A stretch of DNA of 64,000 nucleotides, from positions 26,226,001-26,290,000 of the forward strand of contig OZ231126.1 of NCBI GenBank assembly GCA_965153355.1, written 5' to 3'. Each line of letters opens with the position of its first letter. The stretch's first letter is position 1. Origin of the DNA: Flaccisagitta enflata. Its lineage: Eukaryota. This document shows, piece after piece, positions 63,083 to 64,000 of this stretch. A model generated the notes under the pieces. The model did not search any database. It was not told the origin of the DNA and worked only from the letters and a program-made list of their open reading frames with translations. Made by a program: the position numbers and the translations under genes.

Positions 63083-63636
63083 CAGTAGATCTCGTCTAGA
63101 CTTGAGATAGCATTGTAGGAAAACAAATGAAGCCAGGGGAGTGATATTTGAAACAGTAAACTAATAAAGGGATGCTTTATTTCCCATGATAGCTGGATGC
63201 TATGGAAACGCATTTCTATGTATTTTCTCATAGATACCAATATTTTGAGAAATTTTTTGAGGGAACATTTTTTGAAATAAAATTTGCTACAACTTTCCCA
63301 CAGTATGTTCTGTAAGAATGTTACTCGTTTAGCGGTTGCTAGGGGTTGTCACACATGGATACGCTCCCTAGCAACGGCCAAACGAGCAACATTCTTACAG
63401 AACATACTGTGGGAAAGTTAAAGCAAATTTGATTTTAAGCAATGTTCCCTAAAAAAATCTCTCAAAATATTGATACTTAAGCGAGAATACATGGAAATGT
63501 GTTTCCATGGCAACCAGCTATCATGGGGAGTTAAGCATCTTTTAATTAATCTATGATCCAAATATCGTCCCCCTGCTTTCATTCGTCTTTCCACAACGCT
63601 TGCCCCCGTTATCTCAAGTCTAGACAAGAACTACTG
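63083..63636. mobile_element. foldback (near-palindromic) TA-flanked MITE
   Basis: TA|CAGTAGATCTCGTCTAGACTTGAGAT ... ATCTCAAGTCTAGACAAGAACTACTG|TA; inverted similarity runs to a loop of about 20 nt near 63350. Confidence 0.88.
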
Positions 63637-64000
63637 TATGTACACACACTCGACTGATTCGCGAAGTGAAATCCTGGGCTTAAATCCATCCTTAAATGGA
63701 TATCCCTTGATTTAGAGCTTACATATAAGAATTAGTCATAGCGACAAGCAACTTAAAAGCTAAAATCAATAGATTTCAACTCAAGGATTTTCATTCGAAA
63801 GAAATACTACTTCGCGATTTACAATTAAACAAAGTAAGTGTGTACAGAGGAAGAGGTGAGGGACTTTTGGAGCATCACTTATTAGAAGAATAAAAGCGAT
63901 TGTCATCATTCCTACGTAGAGGCGAAACGTGACTGTTTATTATGAAGATGAGAAGCAGAAAAATCCGAGATCTGTACAGGTTGAAAGGGGCAAGGATGGT

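Overview
Intron-rich animal (invertebrate bilaterian-like) genomic DNA, dominated by microsatellites, minisatellites and short non-autonomous DNA transposons. Two genes could be built by hand with consistent splice phases. (1) A 7-exon minus-strand cysteine phosphatase of the IphP/MptpB-like (Y_phosphatase3) family, CDS 10692..7362, about 510 aa, with P-loop NCHIGKDRTG. (2) The 5' part of a plus-strand Hox3 gene, with coding exons 52605-52693, 53399-53487, 54243-54880 and 55310-55466 and the diagnostic IYPWMRESRQNSKQK; its homeobox exon was not found and presumably lies right of the window. The main points of interest are a candidate 7-nt microexon in the Hox3 hexapeptide-homeodomain linker intron, an unusually long multi-exon Hox3 N-terminus, and a non-Hox phosphatase on the side where Hox4 would be expected. 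Orphan plus-strand exons may belong to a long Hox3 leader, and there is a compact Pbx-Hox plus nuclear-receptor element. Many DINE-1/Helentron-like elements carry internal tandem arrays. Most ORFs in the supplied track are repeat artefacts. All calls are by eye; no searches were run.
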